A stretch of 64,000 bases of DNA from an uncultured virus (IMG/VR IMGVR_UViG_3300030107_005396) (taxonomy: Duplodnaviria; Heunggongvirae; Uroviricota; Caudoviricetes): the IMG/VR virus record IMGVR_UViG_3300030107_005396. One strand, given 5' to 3'. Made by a program: the position numbers and the translations under genes. Of this stretch, positions 1 through 7,467 are shown piece by piece. Numbering within the stretch: position 1 is the stretch's first letter; every line of letters starts with the position of its first letter. The notes below the pieces were generated by a model. The model was given only the letters and a program-made list of their open reading frames with translations. It did no database searches and was not told where the DNA came from.

Positions 1-4
1 TAGA

Positions 5-34
5 ATTATAGCATAGCGCACTTGCTCCTGTCAA
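5..34 (-). promoter_or_regulatory. sigma70-type (early) promoter TTGACA-N18-TATAAT, pointing out of the window
   Basis: Minus strand reads cTTGACAggagcaagtgcgctatgcTATAAT; both hexamers are perfect; the lysozyme stop codon lies inside the -10 box. Confidence 0.8.
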
Positions 35-416
35 GTGCTATTTGGACTTTTTTCCAATATTTTTTGGTGGCGTTCTTCTTGTAGCCACGAGGACCTCCAT
101 TGTGGATACGAGCCACCTTCTCAGCATCAAACTTCTTAGGGTTAGTCCACGCCTCTCTAGCGTAGCGTTTCATATAAGCGTCGAACACCTTGATAGCATA
201 GTCTCGGTTGAAACAGTCCTTATACGAGCCACCTATACGGCTACGCTCCACAGCGTCAGTATGGTATATCTCCCATATCTGTAGACAGCCGATAGCTTTG
301 CCATTGTCTCCAATAGCATTGTCATTACCATTAGACTCAACAATGATAAGAGCATCTACTAGCTCCTGTTGTTGAGCAGTCAGTTGCATGAGCATGGTTA
401 GTGCGAATTGTATCAT
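6..416 (-). CDS. i-type (invertebrate/destabilase-like) lysozyme-family muramidase
   Basis: Motifs IIVES (catalytic Glu), GCLQIWEIYHTDA, YKDC, YMKRYA, ARIHNGGPRG and YWKKV. Start placed at the ATG 6 nt after the -10 box (the ORF track starts at 422). Confidence 0.75.
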   Translation of the reverse strand: MIQFALTMLMQLTAQQQELVDALIIVESNGNDNAIGDNGKAIGCLQIWEIYHTDAVERSRIGGSYKDCFNRDYAIKVFDAYMKRYAREAWTNPKKFDAEKVARIHNGGPRGYKKNATKKYWKKVQIALDRSKCAML

Positions 417-422
417 GGACAT

Positions 423-451
423 ATTATAGCATGGCGCAACCCTCCTGTCAA
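423..451 (-). promoter_or_regulatory. sigma70-type promoter TTGACA-N17-TATAAT for the lysozyme gene (leaderless)
   Basis: Minus strand cTTGACAggagggttgcgccatgcTATAATatgtccATG; perfect consensus with 17-bp spacer. Confidence 0.85.
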
Positions 452-571
452 GTCTTTTTTTGAAAAACCCAGCGGAAAATTTCGCGTCGGACGGGACTCA
501 AAAACCCCCCAAGCCCCCCCACTTCCTCCTTGGAGGTACATCTCTATAAGACGAAAAAATAAAAAAAAGAA

Positions 572-604
572 AGGGACTCCTAACAAAATCCCAGGGACTC
601 CTAA
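572..604 (+). repeat. 12-bp direct repeat AGGGACTCCTAA x2 (21-bp period)
   Basis: Copies at 572-583 and 593-604; partial GGGACTC at 493-499. Confidence 0.85.
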
Positions 605-607
605 ATA
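601..607 (+). promoter_or_regulatory. T4-like late promoter CTAAATA
   Basis: TAAATA core 5 nt before ATG 613; the same motif recurs before many + strand genes (1504, 15180, 27427, 57152, 60580). Confidence 0.6.
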
Positions 608-612
608 AAAAT

Positions 613-831
613 ATGGAAACAATCATAAATATTTTAGTAGATTACGGGGTGTTGGGAATCTGGGTCCTAATAAGTATCCTACGAGAAAAGAACCTGGTGC
701 AACGGATGGATGACCAAGAACAACGTCATAGAGCTGAAAGAATCACATGGGACCGTGAGAGGACGCGCTGGCATCGTATACTCGGGCGAAAATTAAGTGA
801 TAATACATTTATGGAAGTCCGGGAAGACTAA
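613..831 (+). CDS. small membrane protein, holin-like (single N-terminal TM plus charged coiled coil)
   Basis: Hydrophobic ILVDYGVLGIWVLISIL followed by a charged tail; BhlA-like layout; near the lysozyme. Confidence 0.45.
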   Translation: METIINILVDYGVLGIWVLISILREKNLVQRMDDQEQRHRAERITWDRERTRWHRILGRKLSDNTFMEVRED

Positions 832-852
832 ATAAAAGCGAGGAATAAACTT

Positions 853-1374
853 ATGGAACCACTAACACCGGAAGAAGCACTAGAAATTATAAACAAAGAA
901 GCCGACAAAATTGTTGAAGAAAAACACAAAAATGGAAACGGCGGTGAAAATGGTAATGGAAACGGAAACAGCAAAGCAGAAAAAGAAGCACAGCTACTAG
1001 GCTCGACTAAGGAAGCGATTGCACTGCGTCGTGCGGAAATAGAAGGAGAAATAAAATTAAATAAGGCTAAATGGAAAGCGGAAATCGATACCATTAAAGC
1101 AAAAGAAAGCGCAAAAGAAAAAGCTGGTAAGCACCTCGCGGTATTCGGCGCATTTTATCTCTGTTTGATGGTTTTAGCATTCTTGCTAAGTGTACAGTTT
1201 ATTACGTCTGATAACCTCGCAATTGTAGCTACTTTGATTACGCTGGTAGTTACTTCCATCTCAGGAATCCTAAAAGGAATTTCTGATACGCCCGAGCCAA
1301 AAGACCCTGTCGAGCTTATGCACGACATCGTACAAAAACAGCTAACCATATCTGACCATCAAGAGAAGAAGTGA
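853..1374 (+). CDS. membrane protein with N-terminal coiled coil and two TM helices
   Basis: RBS GAGGA; TMs LAVFGAFYLCLMVLAFLLSV and LAIVATLITLVVTSISGIL. Confidence 0.6.
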   Translation: MEPLTPEEALEIINKEADKIVEEKHKNGNGGENGNGNGNSKAEKEAQLLGSTKEAIALRRAEIEGEIKLNKAKWKAEIDTIKAKESAKEKAGKHLAVFGAFYLCLMVLAFLLSVQFITSDNLAIVATLITLVVTSISGILKGISDTPEPKDPVELMHDIVQKQLTISDHQEKK

Positions 1375-1502
1375 AACGTCCCTGTCGTTGGTGGGATAAG
1401 CATCCGCTCCTAGCGGCGTTTATAATTATCCTACTACTGATGACACAATGTGATTGGGAACCAATTCCAATGAATCCAGCTATCAATCCTGTGGTCTGGT
1501 AA
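1371..1502 (+). CDS. 43-aa small membrane or lipoprotein (not in ORF track)
   Basis: GTGA start/stop overlap; MKRPCRWWDKHPLLAAFIIILLLMTQCDWEPIPMNPAINPVVW; fills the gap exactly to the next promoter. Confidence 0.5.
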   Translation: MKRPCRWWDKHPLLAAFIIILLLMTQCDWEPIPMNPAINPVVW

Positions 1503-1515
1503 CCTAAATAATAAC

Positions 1516-2019
1516 ATGGGAAGGAGAAACACTAAAAACAGCAAAGACATGGTTCCGTATGAATGGGAAATCCTGATAGATTATGCTGGTCCTGACGGAA
1601 AACCTACCCAAGTGAGACCTGAAGACCAGGGAAAGGTACGTCTTCCTAAAAAGGCTAAAGAATTTATGGAGGACGTAGCTGCTTTTGATAAAAAAGAATA
1701 TTTGATGGATTTTGACCCTAATGCTCCTTTAGCAAATGAACATTGGATGGGAAATTTATACAATATAGGTTTGGTAGTTTTACGTGAGCCCTCAGTCTCA
1801 GAATCTTTCGATAAACTCATAAGGTCTCTCAAAACCGCTCCATTACCTATAGGAGCTATAGGTTGGAGAATTCAAATAACGTGGGAATGTCAACCCGCAC
1901 CTTCGGAAACTCCACCCGGCTTTGGTTGGTTTTTTCAAGCGAGCAAAACTACAGCTGTAGGCTATGCAAAAGAATTTAAATCGGCGTTTATTTTACGTCA
2001 ATTAGAGCCCAATGAGTAA
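1516..2019 (+). CDS. hypothetical protein
   Basis: 167-aa ORF with CTAAATA 5 nt upstream; overlaps the next gene by 8 nt. Confidence 0.7.
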   Translation: MGRRNTKNSKDMVPYEWEILIDYAGPDGKPTQVRPEDQGKVRLPKKAKEFMEDVAAFDKKEYLMDFDPNAPLANEHWMGNLYNIGLVVLREPSVSESFDKLIRSLKTAPLPIGAIGWRIQITWECQPAPSETPPGFGWFFQASKTTAVGYAKEFKSAFILRQLEPNE

Positions 2020-2926
2020 CAACCCTTTTCTTCCTCCACCCAGTTTCGACCTCAGACAACAAACCAATAGTAATAATTGTCCTGGTACAAAATATGACGT
2101 AACTAGTGTCGACTTCCTTTCCCCTCCTGGTTGCCATAAACCTACGCCGGAAAGTCCTCTTAATATCCCGTGGCCGTGGGAAAAGACACAAGGCAGACGA
2201 TTTGGCAGGAACTTCAACTTGGACACACTTAAGCACGACGCTAACGAGCTGGGTAAAGATGTAACCGGAATAGGTGAGGTTTTCCTCAAGGACCTAGGTG
2301 TCGCCGCACAGGCTGGTAGCGAATCATTTAAAAAGGGAGGAGCTATGGTGATGGACGGAAATGTTATTGACGGGATGATAGAGATAGGTAAAGCAGCTGG
2401 CAAAGCCAACCGGCGTATAGATAAAGCTTGGCGGAATCTGGATACTGGTACACGCCAACTAGCAGATAACTGGGTTAATAACCCTATGAACAGAGGATTG
2501 AAAGACATGGATGAGACGCATGGTACCACTTCTAACTTTGATTTGAATACTTTTATTGGTCGGGGTGGGGATTACTATCTTGATGTTAGGTTTGGAATAG
2601 ATTATCAACTATGGCGTGAGACGCTTCACCTTCTCGGAAATGAAACTAACGATTGGGGAATATTGTGTGCTGTTACGGAAGGGAACCTATTCGCGGACGC
2701 TCGGTTTAGACTGAGTAGCAGTAAAGCGCTAGACCAAGGACTTGACGTGGATTTGGGAGGAAGTACATTCGCCGGTTTGGAATGGGAGATTAAAGGTGAT
2801 TTTTTAGGGGACTGGGGCGATTACGTACCTGACGGTCTTGTTTTAAAAGGAGGTCTTGAGCAGGAGTGGCGTATAGCTGACGGAGCCAGTTCTAATTGGG
2901 TTATAGGTTTCACTGTACACCTTTAG
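2012..2926 (+). CDS. hypothetical protein with beta-strand-rich C-terminal half
   Basis: 304-aa ORF collinear with neighbours; alternating hydrophobic pattern in the C-terminal half. Confidence 0.65.
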   Translation: MSNNPFLPPPSFDLRQQTNSNNCPGTKYDVTSVDFLSPPGCHKPTPESPLNIPWPWEKTQGRRFGRNFNLDTLKHDANELGKDVTGIGEVFLKDLGVAAQAGSESFKKGGAMVMDGNVIDGMIEIGKAAGKANRRIDKAWRNLDTGTRQLADNWVNNPMNRGLKDMDETHGTTSNFDLNTFIGRGGDYYLDVRFGIDYQLWRETLHLLGNETNDWGILCAVTEGNLFADARFRLSSSKALDQGLDVDLGGSTFAGLEWEIKGDFLGDWGDYVPDGLVLKGGLEQEWRIADGASSNWVIGFTVHL

Positions 2927-2940
2927 GAGGCAAATAACTA

Positions 2941-3489
2941 ATGAGTAAAGAATTTAAAACAAACGAAAAAGGAAATGTTCCTCTACCATCCGAAAGTGGT
3001 AGTATGCGAATGTTCGATATGGACAATCCAGACATCAATTTATTTAATTTGGTGGATGATGAGTTAATTCGTTTGTCAGGCTCACAGCTCTACATCTATA
3101 AATATGAGGTAGATGAAAACTTTGACGATGTATTCGGGGAGAATCGCGTCAAGGCTATCCGCCAAGAACCTGTTTTGGTGGAGGGTCACTATGACCCAAG
3201 AATGTTCGAAGAAAATCTGACTGAGTTTGGTATAGAGATGACCAACGACCAGTTGTTCACTTTTAATAAGTCATATATTGAAGCCAAACTCGGTCGCCCT
3301 TTGATTCCAGGGGATGTTATTCAACCTCGTTTCCAAAACGCTTACTATGATGTTTACGAGGTTCAACAAGATTCTTTTGAGGTGTACGGCGTCTACCACT
3401 TAGTTGCTGCTGCTAGAATCCTACGCGACAAGCCGGAGATTCTCAAAGATTCCGGAGGACAAACACAGGCTGATATTGCGGGAGACTAA
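2941..3489 (+). CDS. gp14: neck / head-closure protein, T4 gp14-like
   Basis: DELIRLSGSQLYIY, DDVFGE, LTEFGIEMTND..FTF, RPLIPGDVI pattern; RBS GGAGG. Confidence 0.75.
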   Translation: MSKEFKTNEKGNVPLPSESGSMRMFDMDNPDINLFNLVDDELIRLSGSQLYIYKYEVDENFDDVFGENRVKAIRQEPVLVEGHYDPRMFEENLTEFGIEMTNDQLFTFNKSYIEAKLGRPLIPGDVIQPRFQNAYYDVYEVQQDSFEVYGVYHLVAAARILRDKPEILKDSGGQTQADIAGD

Positions 3490-3508
3490 CTAGCCTCTAA
3501 TGACCGTT

Positions 3509-4057
3509 TCACATACCGCCTTTTTTCTTGTGCGGGTGTAACTTACCGTGAATACGCTTCTTACGCTTGGCAAGCTTCTCTTTATCCTCGTCTACGGAAG
3601 GCATGTTCTCTCCTCCCATCGAGCCTTGACCGTAAACCTCCTCATCCATTTGTTTAGGGTCTAAATAACCACCTTCTGGTTCAACACACATTTTTGCAAG
3701 GTCATAAATGTTCATATCATGAAGCTGACCTTTATTTTGTTTTTTTCTTTTAACCATTCCACCGGTATTTCCAGCTAACCACGCCTTATCTTTTTTAGAC
3801 ACAGTCCACGCATTGTTGAATGTTCTTCCGAACTCGGAGGCAGGAGCTCCTTGAATGACATGGACCTCCTCTAGAGGTTGTGGTCTAAGAGAAATAGTTC
3901 GGCCTGTAGGCGCTGGTTTCTGATAGGCTGAAGACTCATTTTTACGTGCCTTATCTAAAGCAATAGCAATAGCTTGTTTGTGGGGAAACTTTTCCCCCTT
4001 AAGCTTCTTGATATTAGAAGAAACTACTTTTTTCGAAGAACCTGGGGTTAATGGCAT
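3509..4057 (-). CDS. basic hypothetical protein, possible internal head protein
   Basis: N-terminal MPLTPGSSKKVVSSNIKKL..KQAIAIAL motif familiar from small phage proteins; TAATG coupling to upstream gene. Confidence 0.6.
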   Translation of the reverse strand: MPLTPGSSKKVVSSNIKKLKGEKFPHKQAIAIALDKARKNESSAYQKPAPTGRTISLRPQPLEEVHVIQGAPASEFGRTFNNAWTVSKKDKAWLAGNTGGMVKRKKQNKGQLHDMNIYDLAKMCVEPEGGYLDPKQMDEEVYGQGSMGGENMPSVDEDKEKLAKRKKRIHGKLHPHKKKGGM

Positions 4058-4665
4058 TAGTTTCTTAGAGTGTCTTGAAACTTTTTAATAGCTTCTGCTC
4101 TTTTCTTCATTTTATCACGCATTTTAGGAGTAGCGTATTTTGGGTCTGGGAAGTTGGCAGTAGGGCTGCTTGTATCTTGTTCCTTCATTGCGGCTTTCTC
4201 TTTCTTCGAGACAATCTGCGCATCACGCTTCTTAGCCATCTTTTTGAAAGTTTTGGCTAGAGCTTTAGCTTTACCGGTACAACCAGGTTTGGTTATAGGA
4301 GTGCATTTGCCTTTGGTACCACGACGTTTTATATCAGCTTCTGCTCCCTGAATCCAGTCATCATCTTTCTTGTCTTCGGCTGTTAGGTCAAAAGGACCTC
4401 CTACTTGAACGGATTTAGAAGTAGCGCGTCTAGGAGAGTTTGTATTCAGGTCTTTATCACGTTTGAACATTGGAAGGTCGAAATCATCCTCTTCTAATTT
4501 CTTACGCTTTGCCATTTTCTTAGCAGCCGCTGTACCACCTTTAATGCCTTTTGATGGATAACCTTTAACTGCATTCTCAAATAACGAGTCAGAGACCAAA
4601 GGATGAAATTTTGGTTCCGAGGGTTTAGCCATGCGGGATTCTGAGATGATACCTACTTTCTTCAT
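4057..4665 (-). CDS. Lys-rich hypothetical protein, possible internal head protein
   Basis: TATATA 5 nt upstream; IISE, LFE and LEE candidate protease sites; DDWIQGA..KALAKTFKKM block. Confidence 0.65.
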   Translation of the reverse strand: MKKVGIISESRMAKPSEPKFHPLVSDSLFENAVKGYPSKGIKGGTAAAKKMAKRKKLEEDDFDLPMFKRDKDLNTNSPRRATSKSVQVGGPFDLTAEDKKDDDWIQGAEADIKRRGTKGKCTPITKPGCTGKAKALAKTFKKMAKKRDAQIVSKKEKAAMKEQDTSSPTANFPDPKYATPKMRDKMKKRAEAIKKFQDTLRN

Positions 4666-4726
4666 AACTTTATATACTATGCTTATAAATGTAATATATA
4701 TAATAACAGAGGTTAAAAACTAAACA

Positions 4727-5374
4727 ATGCCACCAATTCCTATAGACCCGACTCCTGCAGGTCAATTACCTGCTCCCGCGCTCTTTTCGCAAAACGCTAG
4801 ATTTTTTGTCCCAAGCGGTACATGCTCAGGCACAGCTGCTACTTTTCATCAAGAAGGGACGATAATGTATCAAGCGAGTTCGGCAGCTTCACTGGTGCCA
4901 GGATGGCTTCCAACAGCCGGGAATCCTGCCAGCGGTCTTTTATGCAACATCAATATGAGAGTTTCAAAAAGTTTTGATTTCTTCTCGACAAGCGCCACAG
5001 CTACTAGCGGATGTGCAAATGCGGCAAACGCACGACAAGACCATATATTCAGTTTAAGTTCATATACCGACGATACCGGCACGGGCACGAATGGAAATCT
5101 TAATACGTCAGCGGCAGGCTTAATTAGAAACTGGGTTCAGCCCGGAGAAACGGAATTCACTGAGGTGCGCAATTATGCCTCTGCGTGGTTCCCGTTGGAT
5201 GATTATACATTTAATAAAATGATAGAAAATACCAGCGTCGCCAAATTTGTTATGCAGAGTATAGTCGGTCAGATTGCTACGGGAGGATTTCAATATCACC
5301 CCGTCTATGGGAGTACTGACCCACAAATCGCTCCTGCGTGGCCGAATTTTGATATAAACTTAGTTCTTATCTAA
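4727..5374 (+). CDS. hypothetical protein, probably virion-associated (Ser/Ala/Gly/Thr-rich)
   Basis: RBS GAGG; TATATA upstream; composition like the tail proteins. Confidence 0.65.
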   Translation: MPPIPIDPTPAGQLPAPALFSQNARFFVPSGTCSGTAATFHQEGTIMYQASSAASLVPGWLPTAGNPASGLLCNINMRVSKSFDFFSTSATATSGCANAANARQDHIFSLSSYTDDTGTGTNGNLNTSAAGLIRNWVQPGETEFTEVRNYASAWFPLDDYTFNKMIENTSVAKFVMQSIVGQIATGGFQYHPVYGSTDPQIAPAWPNFDINLVLI

Positions 5375-5390
5375 ACATTAATATTATACT

Positions 5391-5424
5391 AAAAAAACCC
5401 AGTAGGCTTACGCCCACTGGGTTT
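5391..5424 (-). terminator. rho-independent terminator after hsp20 (possibly bidirectional)
   Basis: Minus strand AAACCCAGTGGGC-GTAA-GCCTACTGGGTTT with GNRA loop and a 7-T run. Confidence 0.85.
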
Positions 5425-5472
5425 GGTCTTTTTTACAGCAGACCACGCTCATAAAGAACATAAATTAAATAT

Positions 5473-5889
5473 CTAACCGAATAGCATAACAGATTCAGCC
5501 TCCTTTGCCTTTGGAATACTTACAGTAAGTAACCCATTTAAATAAGACACTTTGGCTTTCTTAGTATCATATTGCTCATCAACATTGATAGAAAAATCTA
5601 CAGCTTTGTCGCTAATGCCTTTGTGTAGTACGTAGACATCCTCCGTTGATTCCTTGCTGGCACGAATGGTAAAAGAATTTTTACCTCCAATAACTTTAAT
5701 CTCTTTTTCCTCGTACCCCGCAAGAGCAAACTCAAAGTGAAGAGAGTTTTGGTCTTCCGCAAGATAGCAGTTGCTAACCGGGTATTTTGGCATTTTGCAA
5801 GTTTCTTTTGCTTGCGAGGGTTGTGGGGTTCCTAGCCCCCAATCTAGCTCTTGAAAGAGCCTATCAAAATGTGTAAAGTAGTGATTCAT
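5473..5889 (-). CDS. hsp20: small heat-shock protein (Hsp20 / alpha-crystallin family)
   Basis: KYPVSN, FALAGY, LHKGIS and A.VSYLNGLLTVSIPK motifs; RBS GGAGGT. Confidence 0.92.
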   Translation of the reverse strand: MNHYFTHFDRLFQELDWGLGTPQPSQAKETCKMPKYPVSNCYLAEDQNSLHFEFALAGYEEKEIKVIGGKNSFTIRASKESTEDVYVLHKGISDKAVDFSINVDEQYDTKKAKVSYLNGLLTVSIPKAKEAESVMLFG

Positions 5890-5897
5890 AATTTTAT

Positions 5898-5914
5898 ACC
5901 TCCTTTCGGCAGGT
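5898..5914 (-). promoter_or_regulatory. hairpin occluding the hsp20 RBS (ROSE-like RNA thermometer candidate)
   Basis: mRNA ACCU-G-CC-GAAA-GG-AGGU pairs the SD with a bulged G. Confidence 0.45.
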
Positions 5915-6261
5915 TAAAGAAGACTAATTATTTGTTTGGTTACGTCTTCTGTTTTATGGAGGGTTTTATCCACCCCATCGAATTCGACAATCAGGGGAAA
6001 TCCTGACTTGCCAAGTGTACCTTTATATAGTTCAGTTGCCTTCAACATTAGGTGAGTATATTCAGCGGTACCCTTTTTAAGCTTCTTTCTAATTATAGTT
6101 TGGTAATAGGGGATTTCTGAATATATTTTTTTGGAATTCACGACGTTCACAATTTGTCCTTCTTTGAAATTTACCAAATTGCCATGACGTACTTTATCTG
6201 CATCTATGCCTTTGACGCTAGATAACAGAAGGAGTGATATAAGAATAAGTTTATGAAGCAT
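5914..6261 (-). CDS. secreted protein, shortened Skp/OmpH-like
   Basis: Signal peptide MLHKLILISLLLLSSVKG; VNVVNSKKIY and GFPLIV..V..DVTKQIISLL resemble Skp terminal motifs. Confidence 0.45.
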   Translation of the reverse strand: MLHKLILISLLLLSSVKGIDADKVRHGNLVNFKEGQIVNVVNSKKIYSEIPYYQTIIRKKLKKGTAEYTHLMLKATELYKGTLGKSGFPLIVEFDGVDKTLHKTEDVTKQIISLL

Positions 6262-6765
6262 TTTAAAAAAGGCGCTAAGATGGGGTTATTGGGACATAAC
6301 TATTTCCCTCCCCAAAACAAGTCTCATACTTCGTACAATCGAGGAAAAAGCTTGCATCGCGTGATGTCCGCAATTATAGAAAATGAGCCGTCTGTTATAT
6401 ATTTATGTCCCACCAAAGGAGTAAACATAAACTTACTTCCTCTGTTGATAATAAATAACATAACTTTTAGAATCGTTATTCCTTCCAAGCATTTCTTCAG
6501 CAACTTGAACGGAGACGAGAAAAAGATATTAGATGCAGCGAGCGCAGTGGCTGACAAAGTGATTATTTTAAGTGACCAAGAATGTGAGGTTCTGAGGTGG
6601 GCAGAAGATTGGTATCACGCTACCCAGAGGGTTATTGGAAACTCTGACTGGGTTCTTATCGCGAGAAATGGAGACGAGGATACAGAAAGTTTCGATGACC
6701 TTGTATGTCGTTTCAAGAATAACACTAAACCGGTTTTGGCAGTTGAGCTTGGGATGGAAGAGTAA
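6253..6765 (+). CDS. YspA-like SLOG-family protein (divergent)
   Basis: GLLGH, KGVN, RIVIP, ADKVIILS, VIGNSDWVLIARNG and KPVLAV follow the YspA/DUF1273 motif order. Confidence 0.6.
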   Translation: MKHFKKGAKMGLLGHNYFPPQNKSHTSYNRGKSLHRVMSAIIENEPSVIYLCPTKGVNINLLPLLIINNITFRIVIPSKHFFSNLNGDEKKILDAASAVADKVIILSDQECEVLRWAEDWYHATQRVIGNSDWVLIARNGDEDTESFDDLVCRFKNNTKPVLAVELGMEE

Positions 6766-7444
6766 TATCTACGAATTTTTTCCCGTACTTCTCCACGAAT
6801 TTTTGACGGCTCTCATTCCATTCTTCACTCATGGCACCCTCACCAGGAGATTGATGTAAAATCATAATAGGAATAACTTTGTTTATTTTACCCTTTTCTT
6901 TGGCTTGGTAAGAATAATACATGTCGTAGTAATCCCAATCGCTGGAAAAATCAGACGGTTTTTTTAAGTTTATGGAGTTTAACGTGGCTCCTGTAGCAAC
7001 CATGAATAATCCATCGACAACTTCCGCTTCGCCGTAGCCTCCGTAGTATGTGGGATAACACTCTTTTAAAGAGTTCCCATGCCACACACACCCTCGTAGA
7101 AAAGCATCAGGATGAGGAAATTCTCTCCCTAGCCCATGCCACCAACACCCCGTCTTATTAAGGCGTTTAGGTCCTGCGACCCCCATGAACCCTGTTTTGT
7201 CGTCTATCCACGAATCAATCACTTCATTAAATGTTTCAGTATCTAACAAAACTTCGATATCATCATGACACATGATAATACGGTCTTTGGCGTGAAAATT
7301 ATTTTCTTTTACAGCATCACTATAAGCTTCGAAAATAGATTTCTTATTAACAAGATATTGAACTTCCCAACCAGCTTTTTCTAAAAATACTTTAATGGGA
7401 CGCTCTTTATCTTCACGAGTAGGTATTAAGGCAACTTTTCGCAT
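6725..7444 (-). CDS. GT-A fold glycosyltransferase (GT2-like)
   Basis: SIFEAYS, IMCHDDIEV (DxD-type motif), GFMGVAG, VVDGLFM, WDYYD, ILHQSPG. Confidence 0.85.
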   Translation of the reverse strand: MRKVALIPTREDKERPIKVFLEKAGWEVQYLVNKKSIFEAYSDAVKENNFHAKDRIIMCHDDIEVLLDTETFNEVIDSWIDDKTGFMGVAGPKRLNKTGCWWHGLGREFPHPDAFLRGCVWHGNSLKECYPTYYGGYGEAEVVDGLFMVATGATLNSINLKKPSDFSSDWDYYDMYYSYQAKEKGKINKVIPIMILHQSPGEGAMSEEWNESRQKFVEKYGKKFVDITLPSQAQLPKPV

Positions 7445-7467
7445 GTCTATATAATAGTGAGATTTTT

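Noticed and set aside
408..622. ORFs 408..608(+) and 413..622(-)
   Set aside because: They cross a promoter, repeats and homopolymer tracts, and the translations are low-complexity
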